A DNA stretch of 53,928 bases, counting the filler, from Jimgerdemannia flammicorona (taxonomy: Eukaryota): the NCBI GenBank assembly GCA_003990765.1. It is 2 parts of 2 records of this genome, joined end to end, with 100 filler letters (N's around TTAATTAATTAA, not from the genome) between each part and the next. Parts side by side here need not be neighbours in the genome. Positions count along the whole stretch, not along the records: positions 27,015 to 53,928 come from RBNJ01000681.1; 1 more part is not named here. One strand, 5' to 3'. Numbering within the stretch: the stretch's first letter is position 1; every line of letters begins with the position of its first letter. The translations under genes were made by a program, and so were the position numbers. Shown piece after piece: positions 26,915-40,679 of the stretch. The notes under the pieces are model-generated. The model was given only the letters and a program-made list of their open reading frames with translations, was not told where the DNA came from and ran no database searches.

Positions 26915-27014
26915 NNNNNNNNNNNNNNNNNNNNNNNNNNNNNNNNNNNNNNNNNNNNTTAATTAATTAANNNNNNNNNNNNNNNNNNNNNNNNNNNNNN
27001 NNNNNNNNNNNNNN
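26915..27014. other. Assembly gap with artificial linker
   Basis: 44 N + TTAATTAATTAA (stops in all six frames) + 44 N. Confidence 0.97.
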
Positions 27015-30000
27015 TCCCATTGAAGAACCCCCCCCCCCACCCCTTCATACTTGGAAATCACTCTATCACTCACTATCCCAACTCTCCTCCCAGATGATAA
27101 GCCAAATATCACAACTTTGGCAGTCAGTAAATATTCCAAATTGAGACATTCCCTGCCAGAGACAAGTGGTGGCCTCTCCAACTCTGCAGGGCCTCCCCCC
27201 AGATTGCAACCCACTGCTTCCATCAGAGTTTTGGTAGGACTGATCCATAAACTAAGAGATAGATGCCCAAGTATCTCACTGCCTCCCCAGTAGAGACAAT
27301 TGTTCCAATGATAACCCCCCCCACCAGGCCATTACCTAACACCATTGTCTCATACTTGTGCTAATTGAGTTTAGCCTCAGAGTATGTCTCATATCACTCT
27401 ATAGTCTCCTTGAGCTCCTCAACATCAGTGATTGAACTCAGGCCAACCACTATATCATCTGCAAAGGCACTGACTTTCCACCCAATACCATATACTGAAA
27501 GCCCTACTATCCTCTGCTGAATCCTATCTATCAAAGGTTCCAAGGAGAGAGTATACAAAATGGGAGACAGTAGATCTCTCTAGAGAACATCCCTATTCTG
27601 AGAGAAGGCCACCCCTCAATGCCCATTACACATGAACACAGCTCTACTCCCTTCCAGTAGGCTGACCATTGCCACTCAGAACTACTGAGGGATGCCAATC
27701 TGATCCAGTATCTTTGCTATCCAGACCTACCAAACACAGTTATATGCCTTTTCCTGATTCAGGAAGACCAGACACCCATCTAGTCCATAGGCTTGTGCCC
27801 CTTCAATAATACCATATACCTAAGCTCTGCCATCCCTGATGAGCTGGCCCACTACAAAGCACCACTGCTCCTCTCTCAAGATCTGGTGGGCCACCTTCTG
27901 CAGCCTCACTACCACTACCTTAATAATAAATGTTCTGTCAATGTCCAGTAGTATGATTAGCCTCCAGTTCTTCCAGTCCTCTCTTCTACCCTTATTCTTA
28001 TAAAGCAGTGCCACCAGCCCCAGATCCTGCTCACCCACCCTTCTCCCAGACTGTAGTACTAAGTTACAAAGTGCCATCAGCTCTTCCAGTATGCCAGAGA
28101 CACCTACCATTTTCTTCCAAAAATCCCAGAGCAGGTTATCCTCCCCAGGTACCATGCCTAGCATAGTTATGGTAAGAACCTGGCAAATCTCCTCCTCCTA
28201 TACTGGCAACACCAGTCTGCCCAGCCCTTTCACCTGTGGTGGGTACCAATCCTCTAAAGTATGATCAATGATGGCAGCATCTGCCCCACCCTCCTCCACA
28301 CTCTACAAATCACTCCACCTCTTCTTTAATGATCTGAGAATGTCTTGTATACCATACATCAATAGCCCCTCAGAATCAAGAACCTCCTCCCACCTCTGCT
28401 GAACTCTCCTTGCCCAAAGGGCCCTTGTGAGAAACTTAGAGGGCCTCTCTCCTTCCTCCAGCCCCTACCAATGTAGCCATACTGCCAAACTTTACTTCTG
28501 CACTTCCTCTTCCTCCCACAGCACCTGTTGCAACTCAACAATCTCCTTTTTCCCCCATAGCAATCTCCAATCCTCCACCCCCTCCAGGGCTAACAGACCT
28601 GCACAATCTTCCAAAAGCCTTGTCAGTCTAGCAGAAGCCCACATCATCCTCTTCCTCCTCTGTCTACTGGCTACCTTACTGGCCTCTCCCCAATAGACCC
28701 TAGCAGCTTCTTTCAACTTTATCCACCTAACTCCTACTGGGGCACCTTCTTGTATCCATCCCTCCACTCTCTGCCAAATGTCCTCAGCCCACTTGTCCCA
28801 CAGTACCTTGTCATCTAGCAAAGAGGAGTTGAGGCACCAATATCCAGATCCATCTCCACTCTCCCCAAAATGACTCTATTCCAGCAATCCCCAATAATCA
28901 GACCATAGACACCATTCAGTCTCCAGTGACCTCCACACATCTAAACCCCAGCAGTCTACTGTCCAAATCCAGTTAATTCTTGTTTCCAGGCCACTTAACT
29001 AGTGCATATATACCCCTGTTACCCCAGAACCCCCTGCTGGCATCCATCAAAGCACTCAGCCTCTCCACTTCCTCCTATGCCTCCAGACCTCTACTCCTGC
29101 CCTCAGCCCCCTGCCCTCTATCAGTTCTATCCATCAGTACATCCCTGACCATATTAAAGTCTCTGCCAAGCATGTCCACTCCAGCCTCTGCAAGGGCTCC
29201 TCCCTCCTGGAGACCCTTTACCCAGTCTACATACTCTCTCTGTACAGTAGGGCAGTAGCAGGATCCCACTGTAACTGGCTCCCAATCTGTACAAATCCAC
29301 TCTCCCCAAACCAGTCTGTCTTCCTAGCTTTGCATATCTCATATCTCCCCTCTGCCTCTCTGGACCAGAATCCCAACCTTGCCCTTCCAAACTGCCTCAC
29401 CTTCTCATTCCTTTATCTATTCCAGTTTATCTAAATCTTCATTGTAACTGACATCCTGCAAAAGAAAGAGATCAGCCCCCAATCACTTCAGCTAAGCAAA
29501 AATATTCCAACATTGAAACAAACCCTCTAACCTATTCACATTCAAAGAAAAAATATTGGTTATACTGTTTATAAGGAATATTGTGAAATAACAAGTGTAT
29601 CCTCTACTGCTCCATTTCATCTCCTCCTGGCCAAGTCCAGATTGTATTCAACAGCCACCTCCTCCTCTTGAATCCTCTTAGCCTCCAGTCCAACCAGTAG
29701 TTCAGCAAGCCTCCAATCCTCCTTCTCCTTGAAATCCTCATGTACTCCAGACAGAGCTCCTGTCAGAGCTATAATCCATAATGCTCTGTCCAACAGAAGG
29801 TAGCCTGCTCACCAGCAGCAACTGCCAGCTTGGCCTCCCTCTCCTTATCAACCTCATACCCTTCCTCCTTCAGAAAAACTGCAAGAACCTCTACCTTCAG
29901 TGCCTCCACCACTCCATCATCATGCAGGATCTATGCCCAATGCTTTTCACTTATCACTTGTAGGTCCACCTTTCCCAACTCCTCTGCTGCAAAGTTGTTC

Positions 30001-31682
30001 ATCATCTTGCACATCCAAAATAGGTTTCCCACCTCCTTCCCCTCTGGAGTCGCTGGCCTTCCTCCATTCAGCATCAGGGTATTAGCCTCTATACTCACAC
30101 TCTCCTCCCACTCCTCCTCTTGGACAACTACCAATTTATCCTCACTAGCTGCCACCACCTATCTCTCCTTTGCTACCTCAGAAACTTCAAAGTGTACTCA
30201 CTGGGCCCCCCACATGGATACATCCTCTGCCACTCTGCCCCTTGAAGCTGGACCTCATCTAATAAGAGGGTAGGAGTTGGAGAGTCCTCCCAGACCTCAA
30301 ATGTACCATTGGCATATGGGTCATTCCAGTCACCTCCTTAGCCACTTCCAGCCCCTTCTCTGCATTCCTTCTATCTTTACTGGCCCAGACACTCACTTTG
30401 GCACCTCCCATGACCTCAATTCCACCAGCATCCTTCTTTGCCCTGCTCTCTAGGTTTGCCAACAGCTCTCTCCGCCTCTTGTATCCTTGGGATCTTTCCC
30501 ATAGCCCCTTATCCATATGGATCCTCTTTCTATCCACTACCTCCAAATGTCTCGACTCTATATATGCCTTCCAAGCCTTCACCCTCTGCTCCACTGTACC
30601 ACTAAGCTCCTTCAGTACCTCTAACAAATCCTCTTCCTCCTCCTCACTCCCATTCACCCTTATTACTTTGCATATAAATGCCCTCCAAACCATCACTAAA
30701 GACCAGTCCCTAGCCTTTTCTATATTCTCCTTCTCTGCTAATCAAATTCTAACATCAATATTTTCAGTTCTAAATGAGGTCCCCTCCCAGACCTGAAACC
30801 CAACATCAACGACCTCTCTATACTCAGCTATGACTTCCTCGACTCTCCTACTCATCTCCACAGTGGTCACCATGGGTACTCCTTTCACCAGCAGCTGCAC
30901 CACCCTTGGGTCCCATCTCATACAGTATGCCATCAGAACACACAACTCTCCAAAAGTCAGCCCAGCCATCTGTGCTTCCTCCAATGGCTCAGCCTCCTCA
31001 AAGCCCATCTCCACTCCTTCCAATCTCTTCAGAAACTTCATGGACACTGCTCCAGCCACCCACTTAGCAATCAGCCCCAACACTATTTTCACTGTCACTG
31101 CTAAGCCCCAGAAGTACAAAGTAATCATGAACTCTGAGATTGACTTCTTGAGAAATGGGGCCATCACTAGGCCCATTACACCATCTACCAGATCCCCATC
31201 CATTCAAGCCCCATCCTCTCAGCCCTGTCATCAGCAGTCATAACTGGATTTTATTTTTAGATTAGCAGTCTCATTGCCATCAGCTGTCACACCTACCCCA
31301 GCCACTATACCTCCAGCTCTACTGCCCCTACTACTAAGGACTGCTCCCTCATACCCTACTGTCTTCACCTTCCTCAGCCAGCTCTCCAGCCCAGATGCTG
31401 GCTGTCCCCCCTTCACTATATCTGTGAAACTTGGCCTCTCTATCTCCTGTCCTCCAACCCTGCTCCTCTCCATCCATGTCCTCCTGTCAGCAGACTCCTC
31501 ATACTTACCTCCAAGCCCAGGCCCCTCTTTATATGCTGCCAGTTGAATGTACTAGAGCCATCCTGTCTAGTATGTATCTCAGAATACACATTGATCACTA
31601 TGTTACTAGTTGCTTTTCTCTGAAAATAGTGTTGTGAGTGCTGCCAAAGATTGTGTAACCTGAATGTTACTGGAGAAAGATG
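27015..31682 (-). mobile_element. LINE copy 4 (3' part lost at the gap), abutting a family-A Gypsy fragment
   Basis: Colinear with copy 1 from ~1110 to 5797. Motifs DWKNWRLIILLDIDR, LGRDFNMV and ORF1 WDPRVVQLLVKG. Confidence 0.92.
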
Positions 31683-31687
31683 CAAAA

Positions 31688-34068
31688 TCAACTGAGTTGA
31701 GTTTGTTTATAATAATATCAAACAAGCTTCCCTCAGAATAATCTCATTCTTTATCAATATAGAACAAAACTCAACCACTTCTCTGATCCTTATCAGAACT
31801 ACAGATAAACTCTCTACTGTTGAAGCTATTGAGGAATTCTTACTTTGAATATGCAACCTGAGCTAAATCACAATTGAAAACCTATCTCAAGCTCAATATC
31901 AATAATCTTATATCAATTAGTACTACTGAGAAGAAACTTTTAATATTAGAGAAAAAGTTCCACTAGATATCTGAGGATACTGAGTTGATAACCTTCAGCT
32001 CAGACCCTCTATAAAGCTGAACAGTAAGTTCATCAGACAATTAAAAATTATTGCACAAGTTACTCCAATATTCTATAAACTAGCCCTACTGAATTCTATT
32101 AAGACATACTAAGTCTTCAATGTTCAACATCTCAAGCAATATAATGAAAATGACAATGGACTATTCTCAAATCAAACTACAAAACCACTAGTACCTATCA
32201 TCATTAATGACTAAGAAAAATACAAAGTTGAGCAAATTCTTTACAAATATAGCCACAATAATCACCTAGAATATCTGGTCAAATGAAAAGATTATTCAAT
32301 CCACAATGCTATATGAGAATCTAGAATAAACCTTCAGAATACTACTAACTTAGTTCAAGAATATGACTCCTTAACCAACTAGGCCAACTCACTCTGACAT
32401 CTACCATTACTATACTATATTACCTTTTCTGAACACTGTTATAGTATTCTTAAAATTATCATGAACAAAATCAAAGACTCTGCTATATCTTAGCAAAATG
32501 AGACAAAAGAAATACAGATCCTCTAGAGAAATAGCAAAACTGAAAGTCAGCCTATTCTCCTAATATCACTGATAGGAAATGAGATATCAATATTTAAGAA
32601 AATTCTATAAAGGAAATTCTCCAGCAGTGAATGATATCAGAATTACTTCTGGTGTACAGTATTAAATACATGACTCTTGAATATGTGAATTCAATATATT
32701 AGGCAACTGTACTACAAGCACACTACTTTCTGAGAAAAAAGAACATTATCAGACTTTTGAGCATCTCAATGGTGTAACAACACTAGACCAAATTCGAAGA
32801 TCTTGATGAGAATGTCAAAAACTAAGAAAGAGAGAGTTATAAGCATACAATCTCTAAGCCACTGAAATTGTACATTACCCTCAGAACAAATCTGGAAATT
32901 ATATTCAAGATTACAAAGATGAGTCAACTTGAAGTTACAGAATACAAGATATATAAAATTGAAACCTTACTAATTAGGACCAAAAGTATATATACTAAAT
33001 ATACAGTATATCAAAACAGAGAACCATAATGAACCAAAAACTATAACTATAAACTCTCAAACATATACTCAGCCACAATTACCAAAGTCTACAATGCTTC
33101 TATACTGACATTTAGAATACCATTATCAACTACACTACAGCACTTAGGTCTCTTATGAATATTTATAACTTAGCACCTCTCTATTTTGTAGAAGTATGAT
33201 AGAATACTCTAAATATACTTGGTAAAGATAAAATACCTCTTCTCTGCTCACCAACATTATACTCAGCATATGAAACTGATGATGCTATCCTGTGAGATGA
33301 CAACTTTATTCTAATATACTACTATATGAATGAATAAAGAGATATAATCCAAGAATCCCTCCTTCCTAAAAACTACATCATAAGAGATAATATTATTGAT
33401 AGCGATCTTTCAAAGAGTATCCATATAGTGTCAAAATCTATAAATAGCTTAACAGTTATTAGCATAATTAGATTAGCCTTATACTAGATAACCATATACT
33501 AACTCAGCAGTCAGTTGATCTTTTGACATATCAGTTTACCTTTTGTATTATATAACTGCATTCTGACTCATTAAGCACTAAAGTACTATATCTATATTTG
33601 GCCTAGTCCAGCAAGTCCCCCATTAGTATAAATATCTCTATCACTAAACCTCAGAAACTCACAAGAATACTGATAAGAATACTTTCCCACAAATATTCCT
33701 TCACATACTTCTCCTAGTATTAGCCAATAGAAATATTATAAATAGTAAATAAATCTATTTAATAACTCACAAATCACACTTAAGTAAACTTATACTATAT
33801 TATATCCTACTCCTAGCTAGATCTAGAAAATACCTAATTGTATATTGTCTGCAACAATATGTCAATTCAACTAAGCTGGTCTTAGTTTCTTAAACTTTCT
33901 AAAATAAGAAAACCTAAATATTTAGAATAGATCCTAGAAAGGACTTTGGTTAAGAAGTCAATCTAATCTTAAAATTAATAAGTATAGAGGATGTACTCTA
34001 TATGAAATTGATCTTGAAAAATAGTCTTTCAGAACTATGTAACAGTACTCTAATAAATACTCCTTTAT
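31688..34068 (+). mobile_element. Decayed 3' fragment of Gypsy family A (integrase end, chromodomain, PPT, LTR ~32838-34068 with internal deletion)
   Basis: Colinear with the reverse complement of 20435-17284. The LTR starts TATAAGCATAC (= TGTAAGCGCAC). About 0.7 kb of the U3 ORF is missing near 33227. Confidence 0.9.
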
Positions 34069-35445
34069 TGTAAGTAAGTTCAAAATATATATATCCTATC
34101 TATAGACCTACTAGTTCACTTGTCTCTTTACTTTTAAACTATTTCAATCTGAGGTTTTTTCACTCTAGATACTAGAGATATTTTTATATATTTGATATCT
34201 ATATAGTAGCTAAGTTATGGCTTCTTTTTCTATAAGTTACTTTGTATAGTTGTGAGCTTTATACATCTGTATATTTGGCATAATTATGAGTTTATTTATA
34301 TTTATTTTGTATAATTATACAAATTATATAACTATAAAATCAGAGAACTGCTAACTATAATACTATATTATATCAGATATCAGATTCAGATGCTTTGATC
34401 AAATGTCTATTCTTCTAATTATTGTTCCTAATTTTGATCAACTATAATAATATATTATTAATTTTCTATTTTAATATCTTTTATATAAATAAAATATTAT
34501 ATGTTATATAACCTTAAGAATTATTAAAAAGTTGAGTTTCAATAAATATATTTATTCTATAAAATAATAGTAAATTTATAATAAAATCTCTTCTAAAAAT
34601 TAATTCAAATAATATACTTAGTAAATATCCCTTATGATACTTGGTAACTTCTTTATATAATTTCTTCAATAATGTGTAATTGTTACTCTCTTTTATATAT
34701 ATAATACTTTTTTTATTTTTGAGTATGATATCATTCTAAGCTTTGTACATGACAATATTTATAGCTTTATATCACTTGATTTTATCTCTATTTCCTGCTC
34801 ATCATTTATTTGAGTTATTTAAGATATCTTTTCGATTGGAAGTGGTGAGATATTGGGTAACTTGAGATGTATCATATGTCATTTTTTATTGCTTGTGTAT
34901 GGACGTCATCAATTAGAAATCAGTTGTGCGTAAAAGCGTATTGTTTGCATTATCAATAAAATTCGATTACGATTTACAATGGTCTCAAACTGCGTTGTGT
35001 TATTAGCCGCGCTTATGCTATTTGGACTTTTATTTTATTACTCTCCATATCACTCAACAGTACCAGCATCAAGCCAGGCGGTAGCAAAGCACTGATACGA
35101 CGAAACATTGAGACCCTGACCTACAACCAGGGTCACACACAGGTTAAAATAAATTAAGTCATGTTCAACTGAATACTTTGGTGCCATTTCGCTCAGTCAA
35201 AGCAGGATAGGCATAAAGCTTTGCCATATAAAGGTCTGTATTGTAGTCTAGAGTATACAAACCTAATTAATTACATATTTGACTTATATTTTATGTACAT
35301 TCATTGCACATGCATAAAATTGTGCAGTTTTGTCATAATATATACGTGCCTTACTATTGTAATAAATCATATACATTCATAAAATTAAAATAATCCTAGG
35401 TTTTTTTAGCATATTAGGTCGGTAAAAGGTTGGTGGGAATGGAAT

Positions 35446-35955
35446 TCAAGGACTGTCATCCTTGCCCTTGTCACAATTTCTCCCAACTTCGGTACAGCGT
35501 TTGCAAGGAAATCCTTGGCATTTTTTCCTGTCCTTTTTGCATCGAATGCACCGATTTCCAGGAGAGTTCCGTTTTGTTGTCTTGCTGGTAGCATGATTGC
35601 GACATCGTCTCTTCTTCCTCAAGCAATCTGGACATTCCCTGTATCGAATCGGTCCTGGAATGACATTTACAATAGAAATTGGCCCTTCCGGCGTTGCTCG
35701 ATTTATCGTTTCGTTGTTGGCAAAGTTGCTGGTGCGGGCTTCTTCCGAGACGATGTATAATTCATCTGTTGGAACGGTCTCGTTATAGTCCATAAAACAT
35801 CCATAATGTTCCGACGCGGAATGGTCTCGAAATGTATCCAAGTTACATCCTGCGCTACTTGCATCACCAAGGCCGAAAAGACACCATGCGTCACAACAAT
35901 GCATGTCAAACGAGCCGAGTCCGATCTGCGGAATATGCAACTGCTCTCGAGGCAT
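35446..35955 (-). CDS. Small zinc-binding protein: CCCH-type module + Zn(II)2Cys6-like cluster (paralog A)
   Basis: CPDCLRKKRRCRNH, then CIRCKKDRKKCQGFPCKRCTEVGRNC (C-x2-C-x6-C-x4-C-x2-C-x6-C). The Met at 35904 aligns with the first ATG of paralog B. Introns are not excluded. Confidence 0.72.
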   Translation of the reverse strand: MPREQLHIPQIGLGSFDMHCCDAWCLFGLGDASSAGCNLDTFRDHSASEHYGCFMDYNETVPTDELYIVSEEARTSNFANNETINRATPEGPISIVNVIPGPIRYRECPDCLRKKRRCRNHATSKTTKRNSPGNRCIRCKKDRKKCQGFPCKRCTEVGRNCDKGKDDSP

Positions 35956-36157
35956 TGGGAAAGCGTTAGAATATTGTGTTGTTTGAATTGTTATCCACGT
36001 TCCCTTTCAAATAATTTGAGGCGAGGTTCTATATTATACGTACGATTTTGTCCGCGGAATCTATGGAGATTAGTCGTCTGGCGTAGAGTGAAAAGAGAGC
36101 GTAATGGAGGGATGCGGGTGAGCACGATCAAAAGTTCTAGGTGAAAAATAATGGACA

Positions 36158-36166
36158 TATTTATAA
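36158..36166 (-). promoter_or_regulatory. Putative TATA box of paralog A
   Basis: TTATAAATA on the minus strand. TTATAAAT is conserved at the matching position of paralog B (41618-41625), followed in both by TACGCTCTCTTTTCAC. Confidence 0.45.
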
Positions 36167-38574
36167 CACTTTTTAAGTTGCGGAAGGGATTAGTGGCTTC
36201 TCTGGAATGTCGTTAGTTAATCAGAAACTGCGTATTTCTCTTTTTTTAAAAAACAAGGGGGGGGAGGGGGAGGCGGAAAAATGGAAAAGTCGTGTCATTG
36301 TTGTCCCGTGATTATTTTTGCATATGATACTATTCTTTCAATGGAATTTAAGAATTGGCGGACCCGTAGACTACGGCTGGAAGCCTACGGCTGGATAGAT
36401 TTAGCCAAGTTTTTTAACTTAGTTCGGTGCCAAAGTCATAGGAGGTGTTTGGTGTGCTATAATAATAATTATGCTATAATTACCATTCGCAAAGCGTTGG
36501 AATGCAGAAGGTTCTATCGAAATAGTGGCATTGAGGCACAACCGAGCAGCCCAATAAATGGTAGCCAAAGCATGCATATTACGCGGGGGCAGTGTGACTG
36601 AAAATTTCTCTCTGAGGTCTGAATCCATTGTGGATTTTGCTGAATGAATAGATAAAAGCTCAAATGAGGCAAACCTGTACAATCACTCTAACAATATCTG
36701 CACATGTGGATGATTCAAAGAGGGGAAGATGACATGATATTGCAAGCGAGTGCTATTACTATTGCACTAACGAATTATCGCAAAACATCCGGGTGGGGGA
36801 AGGTGATGATACAAATCATAGGGTTTCACTTATCTGGCAGCTTGGAACGGCCCACTCTGGCCTTCGGGAGAGGCAAATCGGTACATCACTGCACTCCCAA
36901 AAAATGTCTCTCCGCGTTAGACTGCGGTCTCGAAAATGAAACCTCCCGAAATAAGCGCAAATGCATAGCACGACTACCTTTTATTTGATTGGAATTGTGA
37001 CCGATCATTGTTCAATTATTTCTACATGCCCGTGTTCTGGAGTGCCGTGCCCGATTTCGCCACATTTACTCCTTCCAATCTTAGAGATTTCTCCTTCAGC
37101 GATCTTTGGTGCTTGATAGTTTAAAAAATATAATTTTCATTGAACCAGCTGATTCTGACACAGCCTCATAACCACAGGGAATATTCATCACCGCGCAGAT
37201 GGCTTGGAAAAGTTACACAGTATTCCAATGGAAAGCATCTTTCCATGTTAAAAATGACAGGTAGCATATCCGCAGTATCAGCCGGCGCCGCCCTCGCCCA
37301 TGACTTACACATTACATCGTGAGATCCTAGATTCCTTGCTATTGGAGACGCTATGCCGTCATACCTATTTCGAGAGTATTCCTTTCACCTCGCATTTCCG
37401 GAACCAAAAAAAAGTTGGCGAAGTTCTGCAGCTATCATCATGACATACATATGGTACCGATTAACGGACCCCGATAGCCGGGATCGGCCATTCCAATTGC
37501 CGGATACGATTACGGAGTTCCCGCTGATTCGTGTCAACATCTCTATCACCTGGGTGTTCGAAATTGGCCCTCCACAGTTCATTACTACAATTAGGATACG
37601 ATCGTGACCCCAGTACCTAAATTCCATGCCCGCGTAAATCAAACAAACCAATTAACAGGACGAAGCTTGTCGGGGTGCCCACAATGAAAGTTTGTTTAAT
37701 TCTAATGCTCTTTTATCATGGGTTATACGCGAGGAAAACGGCAAAATTGTGTTCCGCAAAATGACAAAACCGTAATAATCCGATTTAATTCACGCAGAAG
37801 CACTACTAAATGCCTGTACTTCACTTTGCTTGTAGGCAGACGGGTTGAACACCCACATAAAGTCGTTTAACGAGGGCACGAAAATGGGAGACGTTGTGCC
37901 TCGAGGCAAAAATTCATCGCCGCTTGAAAGTCGCTTCCGCGAGTGACTGGCATACTCTTGACAGGGCTTGTGTACGCGATTTGGGCCCTTTTCAATTTTT
38001 TACTCACCATATCTCTAAGCGTTATTGTCGATAACTTTCCTTTTCAACTTTTCAATAACATTACAACACAATCCATCTCCGTCGGCGTCAATCAGGTGTA
38101 GATCCCTTCGTCATATATTACTCAAAATCGGACGTTCTATTGTCGTCCTCCAGTCAAAGCGCGCTCTCAAAGATGCGCTACAATCGTGGTAAAGGAAAGA
38201 GTCACAAATACGCGTTTATCGCGCTCAAGAATGGCATAAGCGTCTCTAAAGTATTCCATTGGCTCAACACCATCCCGCAACGTTTGACATAGCCATCGCG
38301 AGGCAACCAAAAATGCATGGTGTCTCATTAATCCACAAGAGCTCGCCATCCTTTAATGGAAACCACCTGTCAGACTGGAACGCAAACGAATGGATCGCAA
38401 ACAAGCTGAAAAATGACGACACGCGCCATACAAATTTAGATTTAAAACTGGAGCCAAAACATGCCGAAAGATGATGCAAAACCTAAGGGGAGGCATGAAT
38501 ATATGTTTAATAACAATTAGTATGTCAAGAGATGGACAAGATTAAATCCAACGGCCGCATCACTGACTAAACAA

Positions 38575-39960
38575 ATCTAAAATCCTGAGTCGGAATCCAC
38601 CATGGATCTTGTAAGACCTAAAATGAGGCAAACCTGTAGTATCACTGTAACTAGCTCTGTTAATGGGGATTATTTTGAGAAAGATGCGATAATTTTTCAA
38701 GCTAGTGCTATTGTAATTGTTCTGCAGAACTGTCAGGTAAAATTTCCAAAACCGGGTGAGAGAGATAACGACACGAATCAGCTCAATGAATAATGTCCGA
38801 TTTGTATTTTTATGACTTTAAATCTGTTTATTTCAAGCCATAAATCATAAAGACTTATATATGCAATCCTATATATGTACTCTATATTACGGCCACGTCA
38901 TAGCCAACTGACACCATGTCTCGATTCTTTAGCTGAACTTTCTCATTTCAAGGCTCTCTATTTAGCCTTACATACCTGTGCTTTGGGTCGGCCTACCTGC
39001 GGAAACGACTTCTGTTTCTCAAATGTGCTTTCGTAATATTTTATTATGAATTATTTAAATTTCCTTTATGCTTTCTAAGTTTAAGGGGACCTTTCATAGA
39101 ACTAGATGATAATGATCTCATTAAACTCGTGCTTGACACAGCCTCGGACACTCATCATTGCACAGCGCAAATTCCTTTTTTTTTAATAAATAACGCAGTA
39201 CATCTACGAGTATCACTAACGGAACTAACAAATTCTAACAGGAAATATCATTCCGCGAGAACAATCAAAGTTTGTTTCTCCGCAGAATGCCCTCGCCTGT
39301 GACTCGCAGGTCACATTGTGCGATCGTATATTCTTTGCTATTCGGACCCGCTATATCACTGCGATTGTTTCAAGAAGACCCCGTTTCAACTCGCACTCCC
39401 TGAACCTAAAGATATCGTCACGGAACGGAATGACTCATATATGACAGCTGTCATCATGACATGTGCGTATTGACGTATCCCGATGTCCGCAGCAGACCGC
39501 CCCAGTCTGCCTGATACGGTGTTCCGCCCTGATCAGTGTCAACAGTTCCCGAACCTGTTTGTTTGGTATTTGGATATTGACGCCCACCGACTATTATTAT
39601 TTATTGGTTCGAAGGTCGGAATTCCAACTTGCTCCGAGGGGAAAAAACCCCGATATTTCCGTTGGAACAAATCGAATCGACTATGAACGGCGCGAAAGTT
39701 TCGCGATGCCCACAACGTAGCGTTTGTTTTATCTCAATTCTTTGGATATGCAAACGAAGAAAATGCTAAAATTGTCGCCCCTACCGATTTAATTCCCGCA
39801 GCAGCCCTACTAAATTTCCGTGCATTTGGTATGCAGGCACGTTGATCGCACACATACGTTTTTTTGCGAACGCTCGAAAACGGAAAACATTGGGTGAAGA
39901 CAAAAATTCCATTGGGGCTTGTTCGGTGGCGGAGAGCGAAAAGTCGCCTCCGCAAGGACA
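38575..39960. repeat. Segmental repeat unit C (partial, no zinc-finger gene)
   Basis: AAATGAGGCAAACCTGTA, TGACACAGCCTC, GCCCTCGCC, TCATCATGACAT, CCGATTTAATTC and CTACTAAAT match unit A 36610-37940 in order. Confidence 0.82.
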
Positions 39961-40679
39961 TAATCGCAGTCACAAGCCCGTCAAACGCCAATCGAGAGCT
40001 GGTGGATTTGTGACTGCAATGGTATAAAAAGGAGTGCCTATTTGAGTCAGTGGCGCGAGGGACCTTAGAAATCGCTCTATGGAAGCCCAACGGTTCCATG
40101 TGTATCCCCAAAACCATTACAGAGGCGTACACGTCCACCTTTAGGTATCTATAGTATTGGAGGAAATTAATAAAGACCACATTAGAACTACAGGAATTCC
40201 GGTGCATATTTTTCAGGCTTGACAGGTTTCATTGCGACGTTTTATTTAACGAATTTACTTGGGATAGGTCCGACTTTTTCAGGCTACAGACATTAGCGAC
40301 AAATTTCTATGTGAGATCTCGCGCGCGAGATCAAGTCTCAACACTCAATAAGCGAATAAAATTTCCAACTAATTCGCGTTCCTTTTCCGCCGGTTTCTGA
40401 CGCCCGATTCGGTGCTGTTTATTTATAAATGCATTGTTGTAATATGGGTTTTTTAAAGAAAGCGAACAGAAGAAGCGATTTATTGATATTGCAGAGTAAC
40501 ACGCTTTTTCGTGGGATGTGGCGTGAAGTCACGTGCCTTGTAATTTCAACATGCATTACCTATATGCTCACGTCGTTCTACACCTATCGCTCTGCGCTAC
40601 ACACATTACAATCCTCGCTCTACACGACATGGTCTCCACATTTCTTCCTCACCCGCCTCTCCTCTATATCTAGATTCCT

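Larger units (their letters stand above)
35150..37950. repeat. Segmental repeat unit A
   Basis: Shared blocks in the same order as unit B: GCTCAGTCAAAG, TGAAAAGAGAGCGTAAT, ATTCTTTCAATGGAA, CAGCTTGGAACG, GTTCAATTATTT, GTAATAATCCGATT, TCGCTTCCGC. Confidence 0.85.

Noticed and set aside
26959..26970. TTAATTAATTAA palindrome
   Set aside because: Artificial linker centred in a 100-bp N gap. Adjacency across it is unproven.
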